Assembly (NCBI GenBank): GCA_965261395.1
Contig: OZ253462.1
Location: 768,001 to 832,000, forward strand
Length of the DNA: 64,000 nt
Direction: 5' to 3'
Origin: Candidatus Latescibacterota bacterium
Lineage (GTDB): Bacteria > Latescibacterota > UBA2968 > UBA8231
Shown here in pieces: positions 9,401-17,168 of this stretch. The notes under the pieces are model-generated. The model was given only the letters and a program-made list of their open reading frames with translations. It searched no databases and had not been told where the DNA came from. The position numbers and the translations under genes are program-made. Each line of letters starts with the position of its first letter. Position 1 is the stretch's first letter.

Positions 9401-10386
9401 ATGCACGGTGTTGGGATGTGCCAGAGCGAAGTACCCCTATGGGTGGTGATATTATGTTTACCCTCTTTATTGGAGATCCTGGCGGAGAGATCCCTAGAAG
9501 ATGTGGCACCATCACCCTCGGCGGTGTTGAAACCACCACCGGTGTCCGCGGCTTCATTGCATCCGGCCACGTTGTTGTGAGGAGCACCTATGATGACGAA
9601 ACGGCACGATCCATTGGAGACTACTCCAGAACTGACACTATGATCGGACACGGCAGGAGCGCTGGCTTTGTCAAAGAGCTGCAGCACTTCCTCGGCAAAG
9701 TCTTCCAAATGCCATCCTTCTACACCGAAGGAGACAAGCGATTCCTTTCGGTCGCCGAGCAAGTAAACGCCGCCGGACGAGACAAATTTGTCGGGTGGGA
9801 GACAGAGGAGGACAAACGATTCCTTTCAGGCGACGCCGCCCTCGTTGCATACCCGCATCCCAAGACACCCGGCTGTTCCCTGACCTGGAGCGGTGACGGC
9901 GAAGAGTTCTGCCTTGACCAAGGAAGCGATGACTACATTGAACGTCTCGTCCCTCTCACCGTCCGCGGTGCAAACGGCAAGACCCACAAGGTTGTCGGAT
10001 CACAAGAGCCGACAGAAGGGCTGCCCATCCGGGTCTCTGGTGCCGTGACCGGCATTCCCATCAATAGTGTTGCTAGAGGGGATAAGCTCTTGGTGTTTGG
10101 GGAAGACACAAATGGCTTTTTCTATGAATACATCAATCACTCTCGTGGCGGTGGCTCCGTCAGAGGAGACAGCGGTGCTCCCGTCTACACCGTTCCTGAT
10201 GCAGCTGGCAACGTCCGCATCGTGGGGATTCTGATAGGGCTAGCAGATGTAGACAATCTTGCATTCAACTCATGGAAGACAGTTGAGGAAGAGTTCAACC
10301 TGCGACCGATTGCCGCTCCCGCTCCCGATGGCCCCACCGAGGAAGATGAGGCGGATTTGGCGGGATTGTTTTCAGCCTTTGATTGA
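6475..10386 (+). CDS. Secreted multidomain S1 serine protease, copy 2 (paralog of 1691-5569)
   Basis: Same domain order, long near-identical blocks; motifs ASGHVV, DAALV, GDSGAPV. Confidence 0.8.
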   Translation: MPFLMVCLVGLLVSVDASPVSPPVISGQVRLSDGLPVAGAQVVLFDLADLRRGPVGQATTDEAGTFALPLAGGALVLPSEVGLGQSYPNPFNPSTLIPYQLSAPSPVRLEVFNILGQRVTTLVDGQQGAGAYVARWDGTDAAGGAAASGVYFYRLMVDGAHWTGKMVLLDGQAGVPLGGGSVAKVPLAAGSTATYGLVVSGEGLVTYVDADFVVAAGQGPVELVVAAEPNVRGKVVATLEGMLGDVNADGRVDLDDGLLVAMYSVHPALSLPNHGLMTLGDVNCDGRVELADAGLLATYVAHPSDAAVASLRMGQPGGYSLNPVTEVVWASILGTEKKDATVARLLNGVPVLLSGVLPVDGEDRLYLGLDRAYWTQQGGKRLYEALKQRFPATPIHVEPSIGVVRQSGKVTRRSTTTALRTVAPVTRFGPPISFAESPNAGLRDHSKAQQVVGRIGVPHDVTVGSVAVVVDITHPSSSDLKVELVAPSGVATTLYDGTRSGIGSEADITGTIVTTDALQGQAAKGTWQLRVGDYERGDAGTLNSWTLTVTPAQDAEETEEPINVFLDTFQEGLGGWRTTEWEAASLDTDSGVPGEGPGNIVAKAEGCSVCFLTLETPVDLSAQDTVTLSFYRWMDPGMTDNEFLGVDIGNNGSYRRLTSWNGQHADGQWHLETFTLSGDQISNAFSLRFFGITTNDFTTVAIDNVMIAAAPGSVVVEPVEPGEPEEDTEETEQPDLTVTYAVTPPRSVPSGNTIALYTRVTNTGTTPSAATVARLYRHTATTPTPTLGGTPETATTAIPALEPGSSILKALRATAPAIPSTYHYYVCVEGSCSEAAAVSVQTTTDTTPEPETPATITGFSVTNPTATPSSLQSTDTLTIQATITNTGTETDDAAIHIYRHTSETTTPRTSGTRESNTATTGTLAPNATVTVTSTHSAPTVSRTTRYYYYVCADTFCANTPATVLVRIKPEDPGPPYARCWDVPERSTPMGGDIMFTLFIGDPGGEIPRRCGTITLGGVETTTGVRGFIASGHVVVRSTYDDETARSIGDYSRTDTMIGHGRSAGFVKELQHFLGKVFQMPSFYTEGDKRFLSVAEQVNAAGRDKFVGWETEEDKRFLSGDAALVAYPHPKTPGCSLTWSGDGEEFCLDQGSDDYIERLVPLTVRGANGKTHKVVGSQEPTEGLPIRVSGAVTGIPINSVARGDKLLVFGEDTNGFFYEYINHSRGGGSVRGDSGAPVYTVPDAAGNVRIVGILIGLADVDNLAFNSWKTVEEEFNLRPIAAPAPDGPTEEDEADLAGLFSAFD

Positions 10387-10476
10387 GCGAATCCACTTCC
10401 ATGCCCACCGATTCGAGGGCCGTTACCCCAGCCACGGCTCAGCGTCCTCCGCGCCGAAGATAATCGTGCCGCCGAC
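10361..10476 (-). pseudogene. C-terminal remnant of clan AA aspartic protease, copy 2
   Basis: Minus strand reads VGGTIIFGAEDAEPWLG, the same frameshift, then TALESVGMEVDSLNQRLKTIP. Confidence 0.65.
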
Positions 10477-10515
10477 GGCCTGCTAGCTATCGTCCAACAG
10501 GCCGCCTAACTCGCT
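10473..10515 (+). repeat. 43-bp direct repeat, copy 2 (orphan recQ 3' end)
   Basis: cgacggcctgctagctatcgtccaacaggccgcctaactcgct, followed by the GGAG RBS of the next gene. Confidence 0.95.
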
Positions 10516-10532
10516 CATCAGGAGAACGTTTT

Positions 10533-11504
10533 ATGGCTACAATTCGCTGGGGCATCATCGGCTGCGGCGACGTTACAGAAGTAAAGAGCGGCCCCGCCCT
10601 GTACAAAACTCGCGATTCCGAACTGGTGGCGGTCATGCGCCGCGACGCGGACAAAGCCCGCGACTATGCCGTGCGCCACGGCGTGCCCAAGTGGTACGAC
10701 CAAGCCGTCGCACTCATCGGCGACCCAGCCGTCGATGCGGTCTATATCGCGACGCCCCCCGACACCCACGCGCACTACACCGCCCAAGTCGCCCGCGCCG
10801 GCAAACCTGTTTACGTCGAAAAGCCAATGGCGCGCAACCACGGCGAGTGTGTGGCGATGATCGACGCCTGCCGCCGGGCCGGGGTACCGCTTTTCGTCGC
10901 CTACTACCGCCGCGCCTTGCCCGCCTTTCTCAAGGTCAAGTCGCTGGTCGAGGAAGGGGCCATCGGCGCGGTGCGCTTCGCCTCCATCGCACTCTGCCAA
11001 CCCGCGTCAGAGGATCCCGACGACCTGCCTTGGCGCGTCGTCCCAGAGGTCTCGGGCGGCGGCCACTTCTTCGACTTAGCCTCACACCAGTTCGACTTCC
11101 TCGACTTTCTGCTCGGCCCCATTGCCCACGCCTCGGGCCACGCGACCAACCAAGCCAAGCTCTACCAAGCCGAAGATGCCGTTACCGCCAGCTTCGCATT
11201 CGAGTCCGGCGCACTCGGCGCAGGAGTCTGGAACTTCGCCGCCGACCAGCGCTGCGACCGAATCGAAATCGGCGGCGACAAGGGCCGGATCGCCTTTTCC
11301 ACGTTCGCCTTCACCCCGGTCGAATTGACTACCAACGCCGGAACCCAAACCTTCGCCATTGACCCGCCCCAACACGTCCAGCAACCCCTGATTCAGACGG
11401 TAGTCAATGCCCTGTTGGGCCGAGGCGAATGCCCCAGCACCGGCGCAAGCGCCGCCCGCACTAGCCGGGTCATGGACCAAATCGTCCACGGCCATGCCGC
11501 CTAA
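10533..11504 (+). CDS. Gfo/Idh/MocA family oxidoreductase
   Basis: WGIIGCG, VDAVYIATPP, VYVEKPMA, SGGGHFFDLASH. Confidence 0.92.
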   Translation: MATIRWGIIGCGDVTEVKSGPALYKTRDSELVAVMRRDADKARDYAVRHGVPKWYDQAVALIGDPAVDAVYIATPPDTHAHYTAQVARAGKPVYVEKPMARNHGECVAMIDACRRAGVPLFVAYYRRALPAFLKVKSLVEEGAIGAVRFASIALCQPASEDPDDLPWRVVPEVSGGGHFFDLASHQFDFLDFLLGPIAHASGHATNQAKLYQAEDAVTASFAFESGALGAGVWNFAADQRCDRIEIGGDKGRIAFSTFAFTPVELTTNAGTQTFAIDPPQHVQQPLIQTVVNALLGRGECPSTGASAARTSRVMDQIVHGHAA

Positions 11505-11610
11505 ACCCCACGTCCTCGGAGCAGCGATGTCTCTGCTCTTAGTCAAACTCCAGCTCAAACGCATTTTTGCCTATCGGCAGCAGGCGATTCGCGAACTATT
11601 GCTCCACTAA
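11505..11610 (+). pseudogene. Orphan 3' gene end, possibly SRPBCC/cyclase family
   Basis: Reads PHVLGAAMSLLLVKLQLKRIFAYRQQAIRELLLH* with no N-terminal part. Confidence 0.4.
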
Positions 11611-11778
11611 CGCCGGACCTTTCGCTGCAAAATTCACACCCCTTCCGCGCCATTTTTGTCGTTTCAACCTAACAACTTTGCCGCAAACGCTTGGGCAAAG
11701 ACCAGAATTTTCGTATTTATAAAGCCTTACTCTCGTACGCATTCCACTTGGTTCGCACTTAAATAAAGGGGGTTCGAC

Positions 11779-13071
11779 ATGCTGGTTCGCAGAAAGTGGG
11801 GCCTCCTCGCCCTGTTAGCTCTTATTTCTTTCGCAGTTCCCAATGCTAGCTTCGCCCAAGACGCGCTCGACACCGGCGACACGGCTTGGATCCTGATTTC
11901 CACCGGCTTAGTTCTCTTTATGATGATCCCCGGCTTGGCCATGTTTTACGCCGGTCTGGTCCGCACCCGCAACGTGCTCTCGGTCTTTATGCACTGCTTT
12001 GGGATTGCGGCCCTGATCACTATCCTATGGACCATTTTCGGCTACAGCTTGGCCTTTACGGCCAACAACCCCTTTATCGGCGGCCTGTCCAAGTCCTTTC
12101 TCAGCGGCGTCACCGTAGATAGCCTCTCGGGCACCATCCCGGAATCGCTGTTCTTCGTCTTTCAGATGACGTTTGCCATCATCACCCCCGGGCTTTTCGT
12201 CGGTGCCTTTGCCGAGCGCATGAAATTTTCGGCCGTGTTGTGGTTCAGTGGGCTGTGGTGCGTTTTGGTTTATCTGCCCATCACGCACATGGTCTGGGGA
12301 GAAGGCGGCTACTTGGGCGCCATGGGCGTCTTTGACTTTGCCGGCGGCATCGTCGTCCACATCACCGCCGGGTCGGCCGCATTGGTAGCCGCGATCGTCG
12401 TCGGCAAGCGCGCTGGCTATCCCGAGCATCCCATGCCCCCGCACAACATGACCATGAACCTCGTCGGCACGGCCATGCTCTGGGTTGGGTGGTTCGGCTT
12501 CAACGGCGGCAGTGCCTTGGCGGCGAATGGGCAGGCGGCTATGGCGGTCGTGGTCACCCAAATCTCGCCCAGCGTCGCGGCACTGACGTGGATTTTTATC
12601 GAATGGATCAGAAACGGCAAACCCAGTGCCCTCGGTTTTGCCACCGGCGCCATCGCCGGTCTAGCGGCCATTACTCCGGCCTCGGGCACGGTGGGGCCGC
12701 TCGGTGCGTTTGCCATCGGCCTGTGCTCCAGCCTCGTCGCCTATTGGGCCGCCACTTGGCTCAAGCGCACCTGCGGGTACGACGACGCGCTCGACGTAGT
12801 GGGGGTTCACGGCTTCGGCGGCTTGGTCGGAGTTCTGCTGGTGTCCTTCTTCGCCTCGACCGCCTTGGGCGGCACCGTCGAGGGCTTAAACATGGGCAAA
12901 CAGTTCGGCATCCAAGCCTTCGCCGCGGTCGGCGCAGCCGTTTACACCCTAATCGTCTCGTTTATCATTCTCAAGGTCATCGACAAAGTCAGCGGCCTAC
13001 GCGTAGATGAGGATACCGAGACCGATGGACTCGACTTGAGCGAGCACGGCGAAGTCGGCTACGACCTGTAG
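11779..13071 (+). CDS. amtB: Ammonium transporter
   Basis: GDTAWILIST, FQMTFAIITP, DFAGGIVVH, WVGWFGFNGGS, DDALDVVGVHG, GLDLSEHGE. Confidence 0.97.
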   Translation: MLVRRKWGLLALLALISFAVPNASFAQDALDTGDTAWILISTGLVLFMMIPGLAMFYAGLVRTRNVLSVFMHCFGIAALITILWTIFGYSLAFTANNPFIGGLSKSFLSGVTVDSLSGTIPESLFFVFQMTFAIITPGLFVGAFAERMKFSAVLWFSGLWCVLVYLPITHMVWGEGGYLGAMGVFDFAGGIVVHITAGSAALVAAIVVGKRAGYPEHPMPPHNMTMNLVGTAMLWVGWFGFNGGSALAANGQAAMAVVVTQISPSVAALTWIFIEWIRNGKPSALGFATGAIAGLAAITPASGTVGPLGAFAIGLCSSLVAYWAATWLKRTCGYDDALDVVGVHGFGGLVGVLLVSFFASTALGGTVEGLNMGKQFGIQAFAAVGAAVYTLIVSFIILKVIDKVSGLRVDEDTETDGLDLSEHGEVGYDL

Positions 13072-13110
13072 TTCGCGGCCCAATGGCTCGCCGTTTAGAT
13101 GAGGGCTTCC

Positions 13111-13950
13111 ATGGATTCTTCTTGCTTGCAGTACGCGTTGACCGAGGCTGAACATCTAGAGTTTGCCCAGCGCGGCTACCTCGTCTTCGACGAGATGCTG
13201 CCTCCCGACGTGGTTGACGCACTCGTGGAAGTCTCCGACCGGATTGACGCTGAGGAGCGCCAAAAGCGCGGCGTCGGTCCCTACGCCCGGCTGACCGTCC
13301 GCGACATGGTTTGGCGCCACGAGCATTACCTAAACTTGGTCGATTGGCCCCGTGCGCTGCCCAAAGTCTGGGGAACACTCGGCTGGAATATCCAAATTTA
13401 CCACACCGTCCTCGCCTACAGCCCGCCCGCTGAGCCTAACAATTGCCAAGTCAAGATGCAGGGCTGGCACCAAGACTCGGACCGCGTCAACCACGAGATC
13501 GAGTCCAGCCCCCGACCGCGGATTTCGGTCAAGATGGCCTATTTTCTCAGCGACTGTTCAGAAGCAGGCCGCGCCAATTTCTGGGTCGTGCCCGGCAGCC
13601 ATTTGCTGGATACGTATGAGATCCCCGACGACTCTTTGCCCCACAACGCCGTCCCTGTGCTGGTGCCGCAGGGCGGTGCGGTGCTCTTCGACCGCCGGAT
13701 CTGGCACTCGGCCAGTTCCAACGCCTCCGCTATCGCCCGCAAGGCGCTCTTCTACGGCTACTCTTATCGCTGGCTCCGCCCCCGCGACGACCAGACCGTC
13801 GAACACCTTTTTGAGCGCTCTGATCCGATCCGCCGCCAGCTACTAGGATACGCGCCTAGCGGTGGCTACGGTTACACCTCGCCCACCGATGAGGATGTTC
13901 CACTGCGCGTCTTTCTGCGCCAACATCTCGGTGCCGAAGCCGCCACCTGA
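13111..13950 (+). CDS. Phytanoyl-CoA dioxygenase (PhyH) family Fe/2OG dioxygenase
   Basis: GYLV, WHQD, VVPGSH, FDRRIWHS; start may be 13099. Confidence 0.88.
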   Translation: MDSSCLQYALTEAEHLEFAQRGYLVFDEMLPPDVVDALVEVSDRIDAEERQKRGVGPYARLTVRDMVWRHEHYLNLVDWPRALPKVWGTLGWNIQIYHTVLAYSPPAEPNNCQVKMQGWHQDSDRVNHEIESSPRPRISVKMAYFLSDCSEAGRANFWVVPGSHLLDTYEIPDDSLPHNAVPVLVPQGGAVLFDRRIWHSASSNASAIARKALFYGYSYRWLRPRDDQTVEHLFERSDPIRRQLLGYAPSGGYGYTSPTDEDVPLRVFLRQHLGAEAAT

Positions 13951-14948
13951 TGCGGGCGTTGGTAACCGGCGGCACCGGCTTTGTCGGCGGGGCTTTGGTC
14001 CGCGCCCTCGTCGCTAGCGGCGCGCAAGTCCGGGTGCTGGCGCGGCCCACTAGTCAGACCGAGGCGCTGGAGGACCTAGGCGTCGAAATCGTCCGCGGCG
14101 ACATCCTCGTTCGTGCGAGCATCGAAGCCGCGCTCGAAGGTTGCGATACCCTCTTCCACGCCGCAGCTCTTTACGATTTGTGGAGATTGGACGAGGCCGA
14201 GCTCTTGGCTACTGAAACCGAGGGGACCCGCAACGCTATGGCGGCGGCGTTGGCAGTCGGCGTCGCCAAGGTCGTCTATACCAGTACCGCCGTCTGTATT
14301 GGCGAGGCCAAAGGCCAAGTCGCCACCGAGACAACGGCCCATCGCGGCTACTTCCTCTCACGTTATGAAAAGGCCAAACGCGCAGCCGAGCAGGTGGCGT
14401 TCGCGTATATGGACAAAGGAGTGCCACTCATCTGCGTCCAGCCCGCTGCCATCTACGGCCCGGGCGACCGCAAGCCCACCGGGCGCTTTATCACTAGCCT
14501 GCTCAACGGTCGGGTCCCCGCGCTCTTTTCCGGCTGGGTGAGTTTGGTGTACATTGACGACGCGGCTCGGGGGCACGTGCTGGCGGCTGAAAATGGCCGG
14601 GTCGGCGAACGCTATATTCTCGCGGGCACGGTCGGCAAATTGACCGAACTCGGCCGACTGGTCTGTCGGTTGGCCGGGTGCTGGTCGCCGCCGACCATTC
14701 CCGCTCCACTGGCCGCACCCTACGCGCTCGGCGGCGAAGCCCTTTCGCGCCTGACCCGCAGACCGCCGGTCCTGTCGTGGGAAACCTACCGCCTCGCTGC
14801 ACACGGCTTCCGCGCCGATGGAAGCCGTGCCACTGATGAGTTGGGCCTAACCTACACGAATCAAGAGGAAGGATTTACGCGGACGATTAACTGGTACTGG
14901 GCGCAAGGCTTGCTCAGACGCCGACCAGCCTGTTTCCGCGATCCGTAA
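13950..14948 (+). CDS. NAD-dependent epimerase/dehydratase (HpnA/dihydroflavonol-reductase-like)
   Basis: LVTGGTGFVG, FHAAA, YEKAK, IYGPGD. Confidence 0.88.
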   Translation: MRALVTGGTGFVGGALVRALVASGAQVRVLARPTSQTEALEDLGVEIVRGDILVRASIEAALEGCDTLFHAAALYDLWRLDEAELLATETEGTRNAMAAALAVGVAKVVYTSTAVCIGEAKGQVATETTAHRGYFLSRYEKAKRAAEQVAFAYMDKGVPLICVQPAAIYGPGDRKPTGRFITSLLNGRVPALFSGWVSLVYIDDAARGHVLAAENGRVGERYILAGTVGKLTELGRLVCRLAGCWSPPTIPAPLAAPYALGGEALSRLTRRPPVLSWETYRLAAHGFRADGSRATDELGLTYTNQEEGFTRTINWYWAQGLLRRRPACFRDP

Positions 14949-15051
14949 TTTGCCTATATGAAAGCCGAACTGCCCATACCCCCTCCTCGGATCACTTGGC
15001 GAGGCGTCGACTCTGAATCATGGAGGAGAACACCGGGATCCTGGCACGGAG

Positions 15052-16038
15052 ATGTTCAACTGGAATCCGTTCTTTCTCTCGGTGTCGGTGGACGATGGAC
15101 GGAGCTGGACCGGGGAATGGCCGATGAATCTGCTGGGCGGGCCGTACCATGACGCGATGATCCAGATGCCGAACGGGCGCATGGTCATGCCGAGCCGGAT
15201 CTGCCACAGCAACAACCATCATCTGGGGATGGAGTACAAGCGGGTGAGCAGTTACGGCTATTGGAAGGGATTGCGCCTCCAAGTCAGCGGGCACTATCAC
15301 TATCCGGAGGTGGATATTGCGGCGGCGAGTTACTCGGATGACGAGGGGCGGACCTGGCGGATGTGCAGGGGGCAGTTGATGGGCTGGTTCGATGCGGACG
15401 GCATTCCCAACGGGCGGGGCGGGATTACGGCAGTGGACGAACCGAGTGTTGCAGTGTGTTCGGATGGGCGCTTGATGATGATGGCGAGGTCCACCGTGGG
15501 GCGCCTAGTGCAGACGTATAGCGAAGATGGCGGGGAAACCTGGACGCCGGTGCTGCCAAGCGATCTTGCGGCTTCGTATTCTCCACCGCGGCTGCGGCGG
15601 ATCCCCAGTACCGGAGACCTGTTGTGCGTGTGGAACCAGACGTCGCGGGAGGAGATCTTGAGGGGGTATCGACGGGGCCGCTTGTCTGCGGCGATTTCAA
15701 CGGACTGCGGGGCGAGCTGGTCGCATTTCAAGACGATCGAGGTCAGCGGGGGAATGGAGGATGTGGATCGGGTCCCGTCGCAGTATCCCGTCAGTCCCGT
15801 GATCGCGCTGCCGGAATTGGGAAGTTTGCCCGAGGACTTCGCCACGTTTGACTATGCAAATGCGTGGTTCCACGGAGATCGCGTTCTGCTGATGTATCAT
15901 CGAAGCTGGGTTGAGGCCGATGAACATTCCGCAGAGGCGGTTACGTTGGGGGAGCGGAAGAGTATAGCCCGCAAACCGGGGGAACTGGTGCTGCGCGTCT
16001 ATCCGCTGGGATGGTTTTACGACAGCGACGGGCCCTGA
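15052..16038 (+). CDS. Sialidase-like BNR/Asp-box protein, probably N-terminally truncated
   Basis: Four Asp boxes (SVDDGRSW, SDDEGRTW, SEDGGETW, STDCGASW) and DEPSV; the frame is open back to 14962 without a start codon. Confidence 0.75.
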   Translation: MFNWNPFFLSVSVDDGRSWTGEWPMNLLGGPYHDAMIQMPNGRMVMPSRICHSNNHHLGMEYKRVSSYGYWKGLRLQVSGHYHYPEVDIAAASYSDDEGRTWRMCRGQLMGWFDADGIPNGRGGITAVDEPSVAVCSDGRLMMMARSTVGRLVQTYSEDGGETWTPVLPSDLAASYSPPRLRRIPSTGDLLCVWNQTSREEILRGYRRGRLSAAISTDCGASWSHFKTIEVSGGMEDVDRVPSQYPVSPVIALPELGSLPEDFATFDYANAWFHGDRVLLMYHRSWVEADEHSAEAVTLGERKSIARKPGELVLRVYPLGWFYDSDGP

Positions 16039-16170
16039 GACCCGTCCGGCGCGTGTGAGGAAACTGCCGTCCGGGCAACACCTGCCCGGCGCGGCTTCCC
16101 CTTGAGATGGACGGCTAGGGTCAGGCACAAGCTGACGCCCTATAGCCGCAACGACATGGAGCAATGACAA

Positions 16171-17058
16171 ATGGAAACTCGGACCCTCGGCAACACCGAC
16201 CTGACCGTCTCTCGCCTCGGTTTCGGCGGTGCCCGGATCGGCTATGAAGATATGACGCCAGACCAGGCCGATCAGTTGCTCAATGGCCTCATCGATGTCG
16301 GCGTGACCCTGATCGACACGGCGGCCTGCTATGACGACAGCGAGGAACAGATAGGCAAGTGGATCGGCAGCCGGCGGGATGAATATGTCCTCGCCTCGAA
16401 GTGTGGGCACGTGACCGGCGGCGCAACCGGCCTGCCGTGGTCTGCCGACACGATCGCTCACAGCATAGATCGCTCCCTTCAGCGTCTGAAGACGGATCGA
16501 ATCGACCTGATTCAGCTTCATAGCTGCTCGGCAGAGGTGCTAGCTGGAGGAGAAGCGGTCGAGGCCATCCTGAAGGCAAAGGAGGCGGGCAAGGTCCGGT
16601 ACATCGGCTACAGCGGCGATGGGGACGACGCACTGTACGCCATAGGAATGGGCGTTTTTAGCACCCTTCAGACCTCGTACAACGTCGTCGACCAGGACGC
16701 GCGCCGCAAAGTCCTCCCGGCGGCCCAAGCAGCTGGCATGGGGGTCATCGCCAAGCGTCCCCTGGCAAACGCATCTTTCAAGACCGTCGCATCACGGTAC
16801 GACTACGCGGACGTCTACTGGGAGCGTTCGCAGAGCATGGTGTTTCCGGAAGACGCGCCAACCCACGGCGTCGAGCTCGCGCTCCGGTTCAATCTTTCGC
16901 ACGAGTTGATCGACTCCGCCATCGTGGGCACCACCAGGATCGAAAACGCCAGGAAGAACATCGAGACAATCGGAAAGGGCAATCTTCCCGCAGAGGTCAT
17001 TGCGTCGCTGTTCGAGCAGTTCGACCGGGTGGGTGGAAGCTGGGAGCCGCGAGGCTAG
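16171..17058 (+). CDS. Aldo/keto reductase
   Basis: RTLGNTDLTVSRLGFG, IDTAACY, SLQRLKTDRIDLIQLH, GKVRYIGYS. Confidence 0.93.
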   Translation: METRTLGNTDLTVSRLGFGGARIGYEDMTPDQADQLLNGLIDVGVTLIDTAACYDDSEEQIGKWIGSRRDEYVLASKCGHVTGGATGLPWSADTIAHSIDRSLQRLKTDRIDLIQLHSCSAEVLAGGEAVEAILKAKEAGKVRYIGYSGDGDDALYAIGMGVFSTLQTSYNVVDQDARRKVLPAAQAAGMGVIAKRPLANASFKTVASRYDYADVYWERSQSMVFPEDAPTHGVELALRFNLSHELIDSAIVGTTRIENARKNIETIGKGNLPAEVIASLFEQFDRVGGSWEPRG

Positions 17059-17168
17059 CAAGTCACCGATGCAGATCCTGCCCGACATTTATCTTCTCGT
17101 CGGCTTCGCAGTTGGCGAGGCAACGCGACAATCCGTTCTGGGGTTGGATCCGGAGGCAAAAGGAATAG

